Source of the DNA: an uncultured archaeon
Lineage (GTDB): Archaea; Thermoproteota; Nitrososphaeria; Nitrososphaerales; Gagatemarchaeaceae
Direction of reading: 5' to 3'
NCBI GenBank assembly: GCA_963817525.1
Contig: CAWFOU010000001.1
Location: 544,001-608,000 of the forward strand
Length of the DNA: 64,000 nucleotides
Position 1 is the stretch's first letter. Each line of letters starts with the position of its first letter. Positions 1 to 8,776 of this stretch are shown here, piece by piece. A program made the position numbers and the translations under genes. Below the pieces are notes generated by a model. It saw nothing but the letters and a program-made list of their open reading frames with translations, made no database searches and had not been told where the DNA came from.

Positions 1-105
1 TTCGGTCAAGCTCGAGACTTGTCCGCCTCGCGGGGCGGCAATCGCCACAACGCCAATCGCCACTACAAGGATCACGACTACCGCGACGGCGAGTCTGGGG
101 CGCAC
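1..105 (-). CDS. 5' end of a secreted or membrane-anchored protein (runs off the window)
   Basis: GTG at 105 reads MRPRLAVAVVVILVVAIGVVAIAAPRGG..., a basic-then-hydrophobic signal. TATAAA on the minus strand at about 132-138. Confidence 0.6.
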   Translation of the reverse strand, partial: MRPRLAVAVVVILVVAIGVVAIAAPRGGQVSSLTE

Positions 106-279
106 AACTTTCCGAAATGGTGCGCAACGCGATTTATAGTTTTGTCCGACAGCCACGCCCCGGCGGAGGCGCAATGAACCATTATGCGCGGCGAAGCCTT
201 CTACCTCATTTTAGACAAGAGCTAGCGGAGGCTGGAGCGTTCGGACAAAGCCATTAATCATACAGGTTCACACTAGACC

Positions 280-555
280 ATGATGAAGAGACGGTCAAAG
301 GCGGCAATACTCCTTGTCGCCGCAATTGCTTTCGCCTTGGGCGCGCTGATTCCCGTGCTTCCGGGTCCGGGTTCCGCCTGCGGCGGGCCGCCTGGACCGG
401 GCGGGCCCGGGTGCATCCCCGACCAAAAGCTCTCCGTGACCGCAGCCTATCTCGGCTTTGGCTCAGGCAGCTCCTACAACGGGACCTTCTACGGCCTCTG
501 CGCGCCGCCCAACTTCGAAGGGCTGACCCACCTTTCCCCATGCGGGGCGCAATGA
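280..555 (+). CDS. Small secreted/membrane Cys- and Gly/Pro-rich protein
   Basis: Basic N-region (KRRSK), hydrophobic stretch, four Cys and a C-GGPPGPGGPG-C loop. Confidence 0.6.
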   Translation: MMKRRSKAAILLVAAIAFALGALIPVLPGPGSACGGPPGPGGPGCIPDQKLSVTAAYLGFGSGSSYNGTFYGLCAPPNFEGLTHLSPCGAQ

Positions 556-911
556 ACCTCTATGCGCGGCGACAAGCCCTTCCCGATAATCCAGAACGCG
601 GCGGATGGGCAAATCAGAATCGGATGATGACCATGGAAGAATTGCGTAGCGCTCAGAGCGCGGGCTTGTTCTTTGCCTTTGGACTCCTTGGTCTGGAAAT
701 TTTCACATTCAAATTACTTGGTGCGTTGGGAATTCTCGACATAGCCCCTTACCTGATCTATTGGGACGGATTGGGGGCCTTACTCCTCTTCATCGCCTTG
801 GTTGTTGTAAACGGCTTCATAGCCTATCAAATAGTGAAGAAGCTTGGCTTCAGATTCGATGTCCCGAGGGTCGACACCCCTAAGAACTCAGAGCGTGGCC
901 CATGGACTTGA
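552..911 (+). CDS. Small membrane protein, 2-3 TM (start uncertain: 552 or about 625)
   Basis: ATGA overlap with the upstream stop; hydrophobic segments followed by a KK stop-transfer. Confidence 0.55.
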   Translation: MNLYARRQALPDNPERGGWANQNRMMTMEELRSAQSAGLFFAFGLLGLEIFTFKLLGALGILDIAPYLIYWDGLGALLLFIALVVVNGFIAYQIVKKLGFRFDVPRVDTPKNSERGPWT

Positions 912-938
912 CAGAACCCTTTCTTGGGTTCTGGTAAC

Positions 939-1167
939 TCAACTGGTGCTCGACATCTCGCTGCTAACCCTCTGGTGCTCTTTCCTACGACGAGAAATGC
1001 GTCCCAACGTGTAAATCGAAACGTCTGTGACGATTGAGGCAGAGAATAGTAATGGATTGAATGTGTTAGAGGAGCTCATTGTTACTACCGCCAAGACCCA
1101 CAACAAAGCCCCCCATAGCAAGACCAAGAACCGCCAGCTTGAAGCTTCTTGTGTAGCGGTCAGACAT
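939..1167 (-). pseudogene. Small membrane protein apparently frameshifted at a G6 tract (pseudogene or assembly error)
   Basis: ATG at 1167 reads MSDRYTRSFKLAVLGLAMG. Removing one G from the run at 1109-1114 joins it to ALLWVLAVVTMSSSNTF... of ORF 939-1127. Confidence 0.4.
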
Positions 1168-1233
1168 CACTAGACTTCTCCCTTGAAGTTGAGTGTGCCG
1201 CGTTCTGAATCAGCGTCATCCATTTGTTCTGAC

Positions 1234-1257
1234 CCTCGATTCCTCGATTCCTCGATT
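1234..1257. repeat. Short tandem repeat (CCTCGATT)x3
   Basis: Three exact 8-bp copies read directly; intergenic. Confidence 0.85.
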
Positions 1258-1299
1258 CCTCCCCAGATAGAGTCATCGTTCTTGAAGGGCAGTCGGCCC

Positions 1300-1797
1300 C
1301 TAAAACGCCGTGAGGATATGGAGTATCTTGCCTATTTCTCCGAAGAAGGACCGCCCCAAAAGAAATGGGGGGGTCGGGGAGTAGGCCTTATGATTTGCAA
1401 GCGACAACAAGACTGGACATCCCACCGCGGCAAATCGCCTCGTCAGCGACTCTTTCCGCACCCAATTCTTCAACTCTTCTGTAAAGTCGTCCGATACCAT
1501 CACTCCGAGAGCCAAGAATCCCATAGGACCCGGGCCCTTGTCCAACGCGTAGCTCAAGCTCTTCTCGCCATAATCCTTCGCGGTCGGGATATCAACCCCT
1601 TCAATCGAAGTGGCCAAAACGTACCGCGTCAATACGCCCCCAAGCTTCAAGACAAGACCCGTCTTTCTTCCCACGACCCTTATGTCGTATCTTATGCCGT
1701 ACTTACTGAGAACAACGCCCCGCTCCGTACTGTATCCCTTATCGCCTAAACGCGTAGCGAGTCCGTCGAAGAATTCCCCCAAGGCGCTATCGTCCAA
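1300..1797 (-). CDS. Hypothetical protein, possibly PD-(D/E)XK-like fold
   Basis: Natural composition; GYSTERGVVL...YDIRVVGRK resembles restriction-endonuclease-fold N-termini. TTG start uncertain. Confidence 0.55.
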   Translation of the reverse strand: MDDSALGEFFDGLATRLGDKGYSTERGVVLSKYGIRYDIRVVGRKTGLVLKLGGVLTRYVLATSIEGVDIPTAKDYGEKSLSYALDKGPGPMGFLALGVMVSDDFTEELKNWVRKESLTRRFAAVGCPVLLSLANHKAYSPTPPFLLGRSFFGEIGKILHILTAF

Positions 1798-1977
1798 GCT
1801 CTGGATCCCACGTTCGTAATTGGTCTTCTGAACCGTCCGTCATGAATGCGCTCTTTTCCCTGAAAGGGTTCTTCGTGCCTCCGGGCATGGTCTACGTCAA
1901 GAAAAGTGTTCTCAATCCAGTCGGCCGGCGACGTAGCTCGGGTGAATCGACGGCGTCGAGGCGCCTAGAGCACTGCA

Positions 1978-2709
1978 CTATCCGTCCACGTCGTTCTGCC
2001 CGAGTGGGGATATCCTCTGGTAGAACGGGTCGCCCTCGTCAGTATCGGCCTTTCTGATCAGGCCCATCCCCACAAGCTTGTCGCAGCCGGCGACGACGTC
2101 GTCAGGGTCGAGGTCCAAATGGTACCTCTCTTCGACCTCTTCCTCTATGGTCAGCGCCCCCTTCTCTTGCATGTCCCCCAAAGCGCGATATATCCGCCCC
2201 TCCAGCGTCCCTTCTGAGGGGGCGCCGGGGAACTCGATGAGCTTGACCTGGCCGGCCTTGAGCTCTCTTATCATCTGCGCCCAGTCGTTGAGGTTCTTCT
2301 TTCTCGACGCTCCCGTGATCTGCTCGACGAACTCTGTCGAACAAGTCTCGCCGGATTGGATGGTGTACTGGAGCTCTAGCTTGGGAGCTATCGCGTCCTT
2401 TCCTCCATGGCCTTCGACTCGCACTATCTGCGAAAGCGGGATCTCGAGGCCTTCGGAGTCATTGCCAATGGAGTCTAAACCCTCGATATCGTCGATGAAG
2501 AGGGACTTGTAGGTGAAAATCCCCACTGGGAGGTCGACCTCCTCTTCGGCCGCCTTGTGGGCGTAGATGAGCCGTTGGTTGGTCAAGACGAGAGTCCCCT
2601 CGGTCTCGCCAAAGCCGAAGGCGCCTTCGACCTCTTTCTTGAAGCCGGTCCCCCGATGGATGACGGCCTGCTCTTCTGCGAGCATCACTTCGGACTGGCC
2701 CTCTGACAA
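1978..2709 (-). CDS. Hypothetical protein with PH/GRAM-like N-domain and C-terminal winged-helix-like domain
   Basis: GTLVLTNQRLIY motif is typical of GRAM/bPH domains; C-terminus has CDKLVGMGLI. TTTTAATA box about 30 nt upstream of TTG 2709. Confidence 0.65.
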   Translation of the reverse strand: MSEGQSEVMLAEEQAVIHRGTGFKKEVEGAFGFGETEGTLVLTNQRLIYAHKAAEEEVDLPVGIFTYKSLFIDDIEGLDSIGNDSEGLEIPLSQIVRVEGHGGKDAIAPKLELQYTIQSGETCSTEFVEQITGASRKKNLNDWAQMIRELKAGQVKLIEFPGAPSEGTLEGRIYRALGDMQEKGALTIEEEVEERYHLDLDPDDVVAGCDKLVGMGLIRKADTDEGDPFYQRISPLGQNDVDG

Positions 2710-2916
2710 ACGTAGACAAACGTGTGACTCGTAGAGTCTATTAAAAGAGATGAGGCCGTGTCGACGTTCGTAGCGCGCCGTTAAGCCGAGTTGCACCACA
2801 ATAAGGTCCTAGAGGCCTATCACCCTAAGACCCACCAGAGCCATTCGGTTTCTGATTCTACGTATGGAAAAGCCCGTAAATACTGATTTTTCTATACACA
2901 CTGGTATGGTCGAATC

Positions 2917-3333
2917 TTATCCCAGCCATGAAACCGTGTTGAGTCGATTCGGGCTATTCACCTTCGACTCGATGGGCACGAGCTCGGGAGAGATCATCCC
3001 CTGCAGTTCGATGTACTTCGCCACGAAGCCCGTCCCCTTGGGCGTGGCGAGGAACACTATGTTGCCCTCGTCGTGGACGGAGTCCAATAGGCCCGTCTCC
3101 GTGAGCTTCTCTATCATCCTCGTCGCGACTATGCTGTTCACGTTCGCGAAGAGCATGATGTGGCTCTTGCTGGAGTGCGACCTGCAGCAGTTCAGGACGT
3201 CTGCCATCACGTCTATCCTCCCCCTGTTCTTCGCATGGGACGGCTTTGTCGGCCTTTGCTCCGCGGCTTCCGTTGTTGCGAGGCCGTGCTGCGCCTGTGG
3301 CTGTGCTCCCCGTGCCTGCTCGAATGACTGCAT
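2917..3333 (-). CDS. Winged-helix regulator, HTH_45/ArnR1-like family
   Basis: RGRIDVMADVLNCC...KSHIMLFANVN...LTETGLL...TPKG pattern. Start taken at MQSFEQ. Confidence 0.75.
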   Translation of the reverse strand: MQSFEQARGAQPQAQHGLATTEAAEQRPTKPSHAKNRGRIDVMADVLNCCRSHSSKSHIMLFANVNSIVATRMIEKLTETGLLDSVHDEGNIVFLATPKGTGFVAKYIELQGMISPELVPIESKVNSPNRLNTVSWLG

Positions 3334-3791
3334 TGCAGTGCAGGAGAAGAAGAGGACGCGATTAGAACGGGTGTCGTGCAACGGAGGGGCGAGCGACCCG
3401 GAGGCCTGTCTGTAACATCGGGCGTTGCACCGAACCCCTCGGAACGACGGCGGGGGACCAGCTGGGCGAATACGGCTCCAACATCGCATCTCCCAGGCGC
3501 AGGCGGGCGTATTCATGACGTCTGCGTTCTCATGGCAAGGAATGACGCCATCGCACTTGGCCTCAGCGCCGAAGTGTCGCGGACATCGTCACCCGGACCC
3601 GTCGCCTATTCGCGCGACATGACTCTGTGGAAGAATTGCCAGATCGCTGCGCAGGATTCAGCCTAGGTCGATTCGGCCATCGACCCCTTCGTCGATGATG
3701 CTCTTGATGTTGACGTTCCTCTCGACCTTGCAGGCGCTCGTCGCGACGAAGCGGTCAATGTAGCTGCCGCTCGGAGGCGTGGCTTTGTCCG

Positions 3792-4103
3792 TCAATCTCT
3801 TCTGGCGACCGCCCTCTCAATCTCTGCTTCCGCGTCAGCCATCGAGTACTTTAGCGCCACCTTCCTCTGTCTGAGCTCGTCGAGGAATCTCCAGAGCGAC
3901 ACCCCCGCTAGGGCGGACGATTGCTCCAAGGATGACCTCTCCTTGATGTATCGGTCCACCGCGATGTCCATCTTGGCGTCGGCCACGCCCCTGTCGACCA
4001 GCTTTCTCAGGAGGCTCGACTGGTCATCCCCAGTCAGTTCCTGCAAATCCCTGAGAGACTTCTTGAGGTGCTTTGGTATCACGAAGGATATTCGTTCGCT
4101 CAA
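3792..4103 (-). CDS. UPF0175-family antitoxin with N-terminal ribbon-helix-helix
   Basis: ERISFVIPK N-terminus and SLEQSSALAGVSLWRFLDEL motif; 4-nt overlap with the PIN gene. Confidence 0.8.
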   Translation of the reverse strand: MSERISFVIPKHLKKSLRDLQELTGDDQSSLLRKLVDRGVADAKMDIAVDRYIKERSSLEQSSALAGVSLWRFLDELRQRKVALKYSMADAEAEIERAVARRD

Positions 4104-4603
4104 AGAGCTTCCCCCCTTTCGATGAACTCCTGGATTATGTCGCCGCTTATCCAGCCCTGAGAGGCGTAGTTCTTCACGTTGCTCTTGTAGTCGACCTTCG
4201 TGAGGGCTCGAACCGCGAGCAGCTCGAGCATAAGGCCCAGCGTGGTCGTCGTCTCCACTCCGTAGAATTCCGCCGCTCTCCTCCCCTTGAGGTCGTCGAT
4301 GAAGAGCCTCTCCTTCCGCTCGAGAGCCAGCGCGATTGCCTCGGCCTCTCCGGCACCCACGGCATCAGAAAGCCCCTTCGCTACGGCCGCCGAGCGTGGC
4401 GAGAGCTCGCACGTCTTCAGCCAGCCTTCCTTTTCTAGCTGCTCGAGCATGAGCGCATCACCATATCCCTCGGATTTGCCCCTCGCTATCGTCTCAACCC
4501 TGACCGCGGGGGGTATCGCGACCGACGAAAAGGCCCGCCTCGCGTAGGCCAACTTCCCCAGCCTTGACAGGTGAATCAGCGGGCTGGAGTTGCTGACAGG
4601 CAT
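4100..4603 (-). CDS. PIN-domain (DUF3368/VapC-like) toxin
   Basis: VSNSSPLI, IPPAV..E, GEAEAIALA and IDDLKGR motifs. Confidence 0.85.
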   Translation of the reverse strand: MPVSNSSPLIHLSRLGKLAYARRAFSSVAIPPAVRVETIARGKSEGYGDALMLEQLEKEGWLKTCELSPRSAAVAKGLSDAVGAGEAEAIALALERKERLFIDDLKGRRAAEFYGVETTTTLGLMLELLAVRALTKVDYKSNVKNYASQGWISGDIIQEFIERGEAL

Positions 4604-4627
4604 GGTCGCCTGAGGCGGCACGGGGCT

Positions 4628-4655
4628 CTTAAGTATTACGATGTATGTAATCGTA
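4628..4655 (-). promoter_or_regulatory. TA operon TATA-like box with adjacent inverted repeat (putative antitoxin operator)
   Basis: TACTTAAG 25-32 nt upstream of ATG 4603; TACGAT-N7-ATCGTA at 4637-4655. Confidence 0.5.
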
Positions 4656-4725
4656 TCACTGCGAGGCCAATCCGGGCCGGCGCATGGAACTGGCTGGACA
4701 TCCAGCTTGCTCCTTGCGTGCGGGT

Positions 4726-5502
4726 CTAGCCTATTCTGGCGGTGGTCTCTACGACCAGGCCGTCGGACTGGACCACGTGCCTGAAGCTCTTGGACTTGGG
4801 CAAGACTCTACGGAGCTTCTGTATGTCGACTTCGCCCTCCGTCTGCTGGAAGCCTTCGATGAACTTGAAGCTCAAGACCCCGTCGACCAGGTTCTTCAGG
4901 AATGTCACCTGTCTCTCGTCGTGCGCTCCCTGAAGCATGAGCACAAAGTGGACGCCCCCGTACTTGTGGACTGCGTTCACCCAGAACAGCATCAAGTCGT
5001 TTATCTCCTGGGAAGTGTACTGGTTCATGAGGTATGAGATGTTGAGTATGCTCCAGCGCTCCTCCTTGAGCCTGGTGAGGAAGTCCCTCGTGAGGCTCCC
5101 CAGGCCGCCTGAGGACAGGTTGAGGATCTGCTCCGTGGGGACGCGGGGCATAAGGCCCACGAGACCCTGGAGCGACGGGGACAGCGGCCTCACGAAGACG
5201 AGGCTTCCGTCGTCCACGTGGCTGCGGTAGTCCCACCCGTAGAGCTCGGCGTCCTGCTCGATCTCCGTGCTGGAGATCTCCGAGGTGTAGTAGACCGCCT
5301 TGCCCTTCCTCTCGAGGTGGCTGAAAATGGCCTGCTGGGCGAAGGTCGGATAGTACGTGCCCGGCAGCCCTGTTAGGAGGTACACGCTGTCCTCCGGGAC
5401 GCCTCCCCCCGTGACGAACTCCAGTCCGGGGATGCCGAGGTTGCTGAGCTTTACCTGATTTTCCGCCGAGACAGCGTCAGATCGCTGGCCTGTATAGGCC
5501 AA
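4726..5502 (-). CDS. KaiC/RAD55-like RecA-fold protein with degenerate Walker motifs
   Basis: LGIPGLEFVTGGGVP, KAVYYTSE, LVDGVLSF and IQKLR are KaiC-like. The Walker A position reads GLPGTYYPT. Confidence 0.8.
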   Translation of the reverse strand: MAYTGQRSDAVSAENQVKLSNLGIPGLEFVTGGGVPEDSVYLLTGLPGTYYPTFAQQAIFSHLERKGKAVYYTSEISSTEIEQDAELYGWDYRSHVDDGSLVFVRPLSPSLQGLVGLMPRVPTEQILNLSSGGLGSLTRDFLTRLKEERWSILNISYLMNQYTSQEINDLMLFWVNAVHKYGGVHFVLMLQGAHDERQVTFLKNLVDGVLSFKFIEGFQQTEGEVDIQKLRRVLPKSKSFRHVVQSDGLVVETTARIG

Positions 5503-5641
5503 AAAGGATTACAGAGTAATGTTCTAGTTGACTTCTACTTAAGCTAAGCTATAATTATTGCACTATCGCACCTTAAGAACGTGGAAAAATAGCAAGAACG
5601 AGCAGCCAGAGTCGACCAAGACCGACCGGAGCGCGTTGTCT

Positions 5642-6403
5642 TTACTTTACTTCGTGATAGAGCTCGACAGCCCTGTCGAGCGCCGCCATGTCCCCGTCCA
5701 CTCCTGCCTGGGCGATCTCTCCTCCTAGCAGCCCCTTTACCGTGTTCCTGAGGTCCCTGTCCGGGAGCTCCTCGAACCCCAGGTACTGCCTGGCGGCTTC
5801 GAACCGCCCGTCGTTCCAGACGTGGATGGCCTCCTTCGTCATCTGTTTGACGCGCTGCGGGTTATAGTCGTCCAGCATCAAGAGCAGCCTCGGGAGGAAC
5901 CGCTCGTTCTCGTACTGGGGGTCTTCGTACATCTTGCGGATCCTTTCGCTGAATATCGGCCTTGCCATCTCGAGGGCGCTGTTTCCGCCCTTTGTGAGGA
6001 CGAGCACGAGGACTCCCAGGCTCGCCCGGGCGTACGCGGGGTCGCTCAGGCCCTTTGCGATCTCCTGCAGGAGCATGTAGACGCGTATCCTCATGTCCCC
6101 GGTCCAGGCCCTGATGTCCGGGGAAAGCTCGTAGATCAGCGGTTTCATCTTCTCGAGGGTCTCGAGCCTCGACCTCGAGCCTTGGCGCGACAACATCTCG
6201 GCGAATGCCCGGTCGTACCTTTTCATGAGCCGCTCCTTCTCGAGGGACTTTGGCTTGGGGACGGGTACCTTGTCGCGCCTCTTCGCGAGGACGCCTGGAA
6301 GCACGCCCACCTCTCCTATAGGCTTCTGCTTGTGCCCCGAAATGAATGCAACTGACGTCTTGACTGCTTCGCTTGCCGAGTTTAGCAGCTTCAAACTGAA
6401 CAA
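5642..6403 (-). CDS. Hypothetical alpha-helical protein
   Basis: 253-aa ORF; TTAAAT box about 22-28 nt upstream of TTG. Confidence 0.65.
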   Translation of the reverse strand: MFSLKLLNSASEAVKTSVAFISGHKQKPIGEVGVLPGVLAKRRDKVPVPKPKSLEKERLMKRYDRAFAEMLSRQGSRSRLETLEKMKPLIYELSPDIRAWTGDMRIRVYMLLQEIAKGLSDPAYARASLGVLVLVLTKGGNSALEMARPIFSERIRKMYEDPQYENERFLPRLLLMLDDYNPQRVKQMTKEAIHVWNDGRFEAARQYLGFEELPDRDLRNTVKGLLGGEIAQAGVDGDMAALDRAVELYHEVK

Positions 6404-6619
6404 ACGATATAGATTCCAGACTCAGATTTAAGGGACGTGAAATTCTACTCTATCCAGAATTGCCATTTGGCAGGTCCAAGCGCCTAATTTTGTTGAGCGT
6501 TATCCTGATTATTCAACAGGAATCGCAATCTTTGAAAGAATTGCAGGGAATCCGGAGTCCCCAGACGTAAAGTTGCGATTCGGGGTTCGTCTGAGGCGGC
6601 GGAAGAAGGGAAAAGCGCC

Positions 6620-7141
6620 CTACTGGCTGCTGCCGGCGGTTATCGTGAAGGAAAACAGCCCGCCCGTAGCAGTGACGATTTTCACCGTGTTGGTCGACCC
6701 CCCGACGATTCCTGTTGGAGCGCCGGTGTAGCCGGTGCCTCCTGTCCCGGTACTAGCGAGCCCGAGTCCTGCACAGTCACTATCGACCGTAAGAGTGCTG
6801 CAACCCGATTGAGCGCCTTCTAGCGTCAGCGCTTGCCCGTTGACGTATATCGAGTCTATCGTCGCAGAGGAGCCTCCAGTATTCTTGAATGAGATGACGA
6901 TGCATGTACCGTCCGCGGTAACGCCGGTCAGTGAGCCGCAAGTCGTACCACTCGACGTGCTGAATGCATACGAAGTTAGCTCAATCTGCTGCGCCGTCTG
7001 CTGCCCTCCGCCCTGGGTAAGGTTCCCTACCGTCCCGCTGACGAAGACGTACACGATGACACCCGCTGCGACTGTGATAGCAATGAGGAGGAGCGTCGCG
7101 ATGATGGGCGACACGCCACTAGGCGGCCTGCGGTAATCCAT
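6620..7141 (-). CDS. Archaeal type IV pilin (class III signal peptide)
   Basis: RRPPSG|VSPIIATLLLIAITVAAG. TTATAT 24-30 nt upstream of ATG 7141. Confidence 0.9.
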   Translation of the reverse strand: MDYRRPPSGVSPIIATLLLIAITVAAGVIVYVFVSGTVGNLTQGGGQQTAQQIELTSYAFSTSSGTTCGSLTGVTADGTCIVISFKNTGGSSATIDSIYVNGQALTLEGAQSGCSTLTVDSDCAGLGLASTGTGGTGYTGAPTGIVGGSTNTVKIVTATGGLFSFTITAGSSQ

Positions 7142-7395
7142 ACCCTCAGACTTCCCCCTTGCGCATATAACTCGGCTGAAGAAGTTGTTCAATTCGAGGG
7201 TGTCGATGACTCGCCGCTCGCGAGTACATCACTTCGAGATCCGGACTCTGGGCCAGGGAGACCTTGACGAGGAATGACGTGGTCCATGGTGCTGGAGTCC
7301 TAGACGACCCGCGTTCCCATATGGCCGGGAGGGTATCCTGAACTCTGACGGTTCGATTGGGACGAGAAAACAAGGAAGGAGAAGGCATCGGACCT

Positions 7396-8061
7396 TTACC
7401 CAGTCCTGCCAGCTACGACTGTGAATACTGACACTCCGCCGTTCGCCGTCACGACTTTGATCGTGTGGCTCGTTCCGGAGGTCGCGGCTGAGTTGAGCCC
7501 GAAGAGCAGCTGGACTGAGGACAGAGGTGCCAACGTCAGTGTCGGGGTCTGCCCGCTAGCAGTGTTGAGGCAAGTGACGGTGGCGCATGTGGTCGCGGCC
7601 GCCTCAGTGCCGCAAGCCGTAGCGATGCCTGACGCTGGTTGGGAAGTGCCCAAGATGTACGCGGTGATCGTGGTGGACGGCGGCAGGAGAGCGAAGCAGG
7701 CGCCTCCCGAGGTGGGCACCACGAAGTATTGTTCGTACGCTGGTGTGCCGGTCGCGTACCACTGTGTGAGTGCAGTCCCGTCGAAGTAGATCGAGCTTAT
7801 TGTTATCGATGAGCTGCCGGTGTTCTCGAGGAACGCCTCGCCCACGACTCCGTTGGACGACACCGACGTGCTGGCTACCCCCGTGAAGCTGTAAGCCTGA
7901 AGTTGGAGTTGCTGAGAGACTTGGCTTCCTCCCCCGCTCGTGAGGCCGCCGGCCAGGCTGTTGACGTAGACGTAAACGATGATGCCCGCGGCCACTGCTA
8001 TTGCGATGAGCAGGAGCGTTGCGATGATCGGTGAGATGGCTCGTCTGTGGGTGAACTTCAT
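7396..8061 (-). CDS. Archaeal type IV pilin (long variant)
   Basis: MKFTHRRA|ISPIIATLLLIAIAVAAG; C-terminal GTSHTIKVV...AGRTG. Starts 2 nt after the upstream pilin stop. Confidence 0.9.
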   Translation of the reverse strand: MKFTHRRAISPIIATLLLIAIAVAAGIIVYVYVNSLAGGLTSGGGSQVSQQLQLQAYSFTGVASTSVSSNGVVGEAFLENTGSSSITISSIYFDGTALTQWYATGTPAYEQYFVVPTSGGACFALLPPSTTITAYILGTSQPASGIATACGTEAAATTCATVTCLNTASGQTPTLTLAPLSSVQLLFGLNSAATSGTSHTIKVVTANGGVSVFTVVAGRTG

Positions 8062-8495
8062 GTCTATCCGGTCCTCCCTGCGATCACTGTTATCACAGAG
8101 GTGCCTCCAGAGGTGGTCAGGATCTTGATGGTGTGGCTCGTGCCTGCCGAAGGTGCCGTGCCCGGAGTCAGGGTGAACGAGCAAGTACCCGTTGGAGCTA
8201 TTGATACGGTGCCTATGGCGCAAGTGGCCGGGTTTTGATTGGTCAAGCTCCCGCTTGGGATCAAGGCGCCGTCGAAGAAGATCGAGTTTATCGTGACAGT
8301 GGTCGAACCCACGTCTCTTATGGTCAGGGTCACGCCGCTTCCGATTGTGCCGTAGTTGTATGCGTCCATGGAGAGCTGATCTGATACCTGCTGGCCGCCG
8401 CCGCTCGTGAGGCCGCCGGCCAGGCTGTTGACGTAGACGTAAACGATGATGCCCGCGGCCACTGCTATTGCGATGAGCAGGAGCGTTGCGATGAT
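7934..8495. repeat. Perfect 95-bp direct repeat (7934-8028 = 8401-8495) in the N-termini of two pilins
   Basis: Base-by-base identity read from the sequence; encodes IIATLLLIAIAVAAGIIVYVYVNSLAGGLTS. Confidence 0.9.
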
Positions 8496-8528
8496 GGGGT
8501 CAACTGCCTTTCGAGCAGTCATTTTCAT
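8064..8528 (-). CDS. Archaeal type IV pilin (short variant)
   Basis: ARKA|VDPIIATLLLIAIAVAAG; own TATA box at about 8552-8559. Confidence 0.9.
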   Translation of the reverse strand: MKMTARKAVDPIIATLLLIAIAVAAGIIVYVYVNSLAGGLTSGGGQQVSDQLSMDAYNYGTIGSGVTLTIRDVGSTTVTINSIFFDGALIPSGSLTNQNPATCAIGTVSIAPTGTCSFTLTPGTAPSAGTSHTIKILTTSGGTSVITVIAGRTG

Positions 8529-8776
8529 GAGCCTGGAAAACCCCTGGACGGTATATATTGCGGGTGAACAACTTCTTCAATTGAGTCCGGTGTATCGCAG
8601 AGTCGGGAAGTGTGGAGGCGAGTGGTCTTCGTTGCGGACGCTCGCCAGGACAAATCTAACTTCGAACCAGGTCTGACCCATTTATGCACAGTAGGCGCCG
8701 GAACCCGGACCGTGGATCCATCCCAGATGAGCAAGGCGACAGAGAGTTTGAACTTGGGCTACGGTGAGCCGCGATT

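Noticed and set aside
3660-3795. About 45-codon minus-strand frame after the antitoxin (MTDKATPPSGSYIDRFVATSACKVERN...)
   Set aside because: Short, TTG start, no recognisable motif. It could be a gene remnant but I cannot support it.
6455-6545. AATTGC / CATTTGGCA words recurring in several AT-rich intergenic regions (also near 3633, 23290, 38321, 55385)
   Set aside because: Too short to distinguish from chance without a motif-enrichment test.
8062-8223. Track-predicted N-terminal extensions of pilins (7396-8223, 14654-16480, 10600-14226)
   Set aside because: They overlap upstream genes. Class III signal peptides define shorter starts at 8061, 16192 and 14187.
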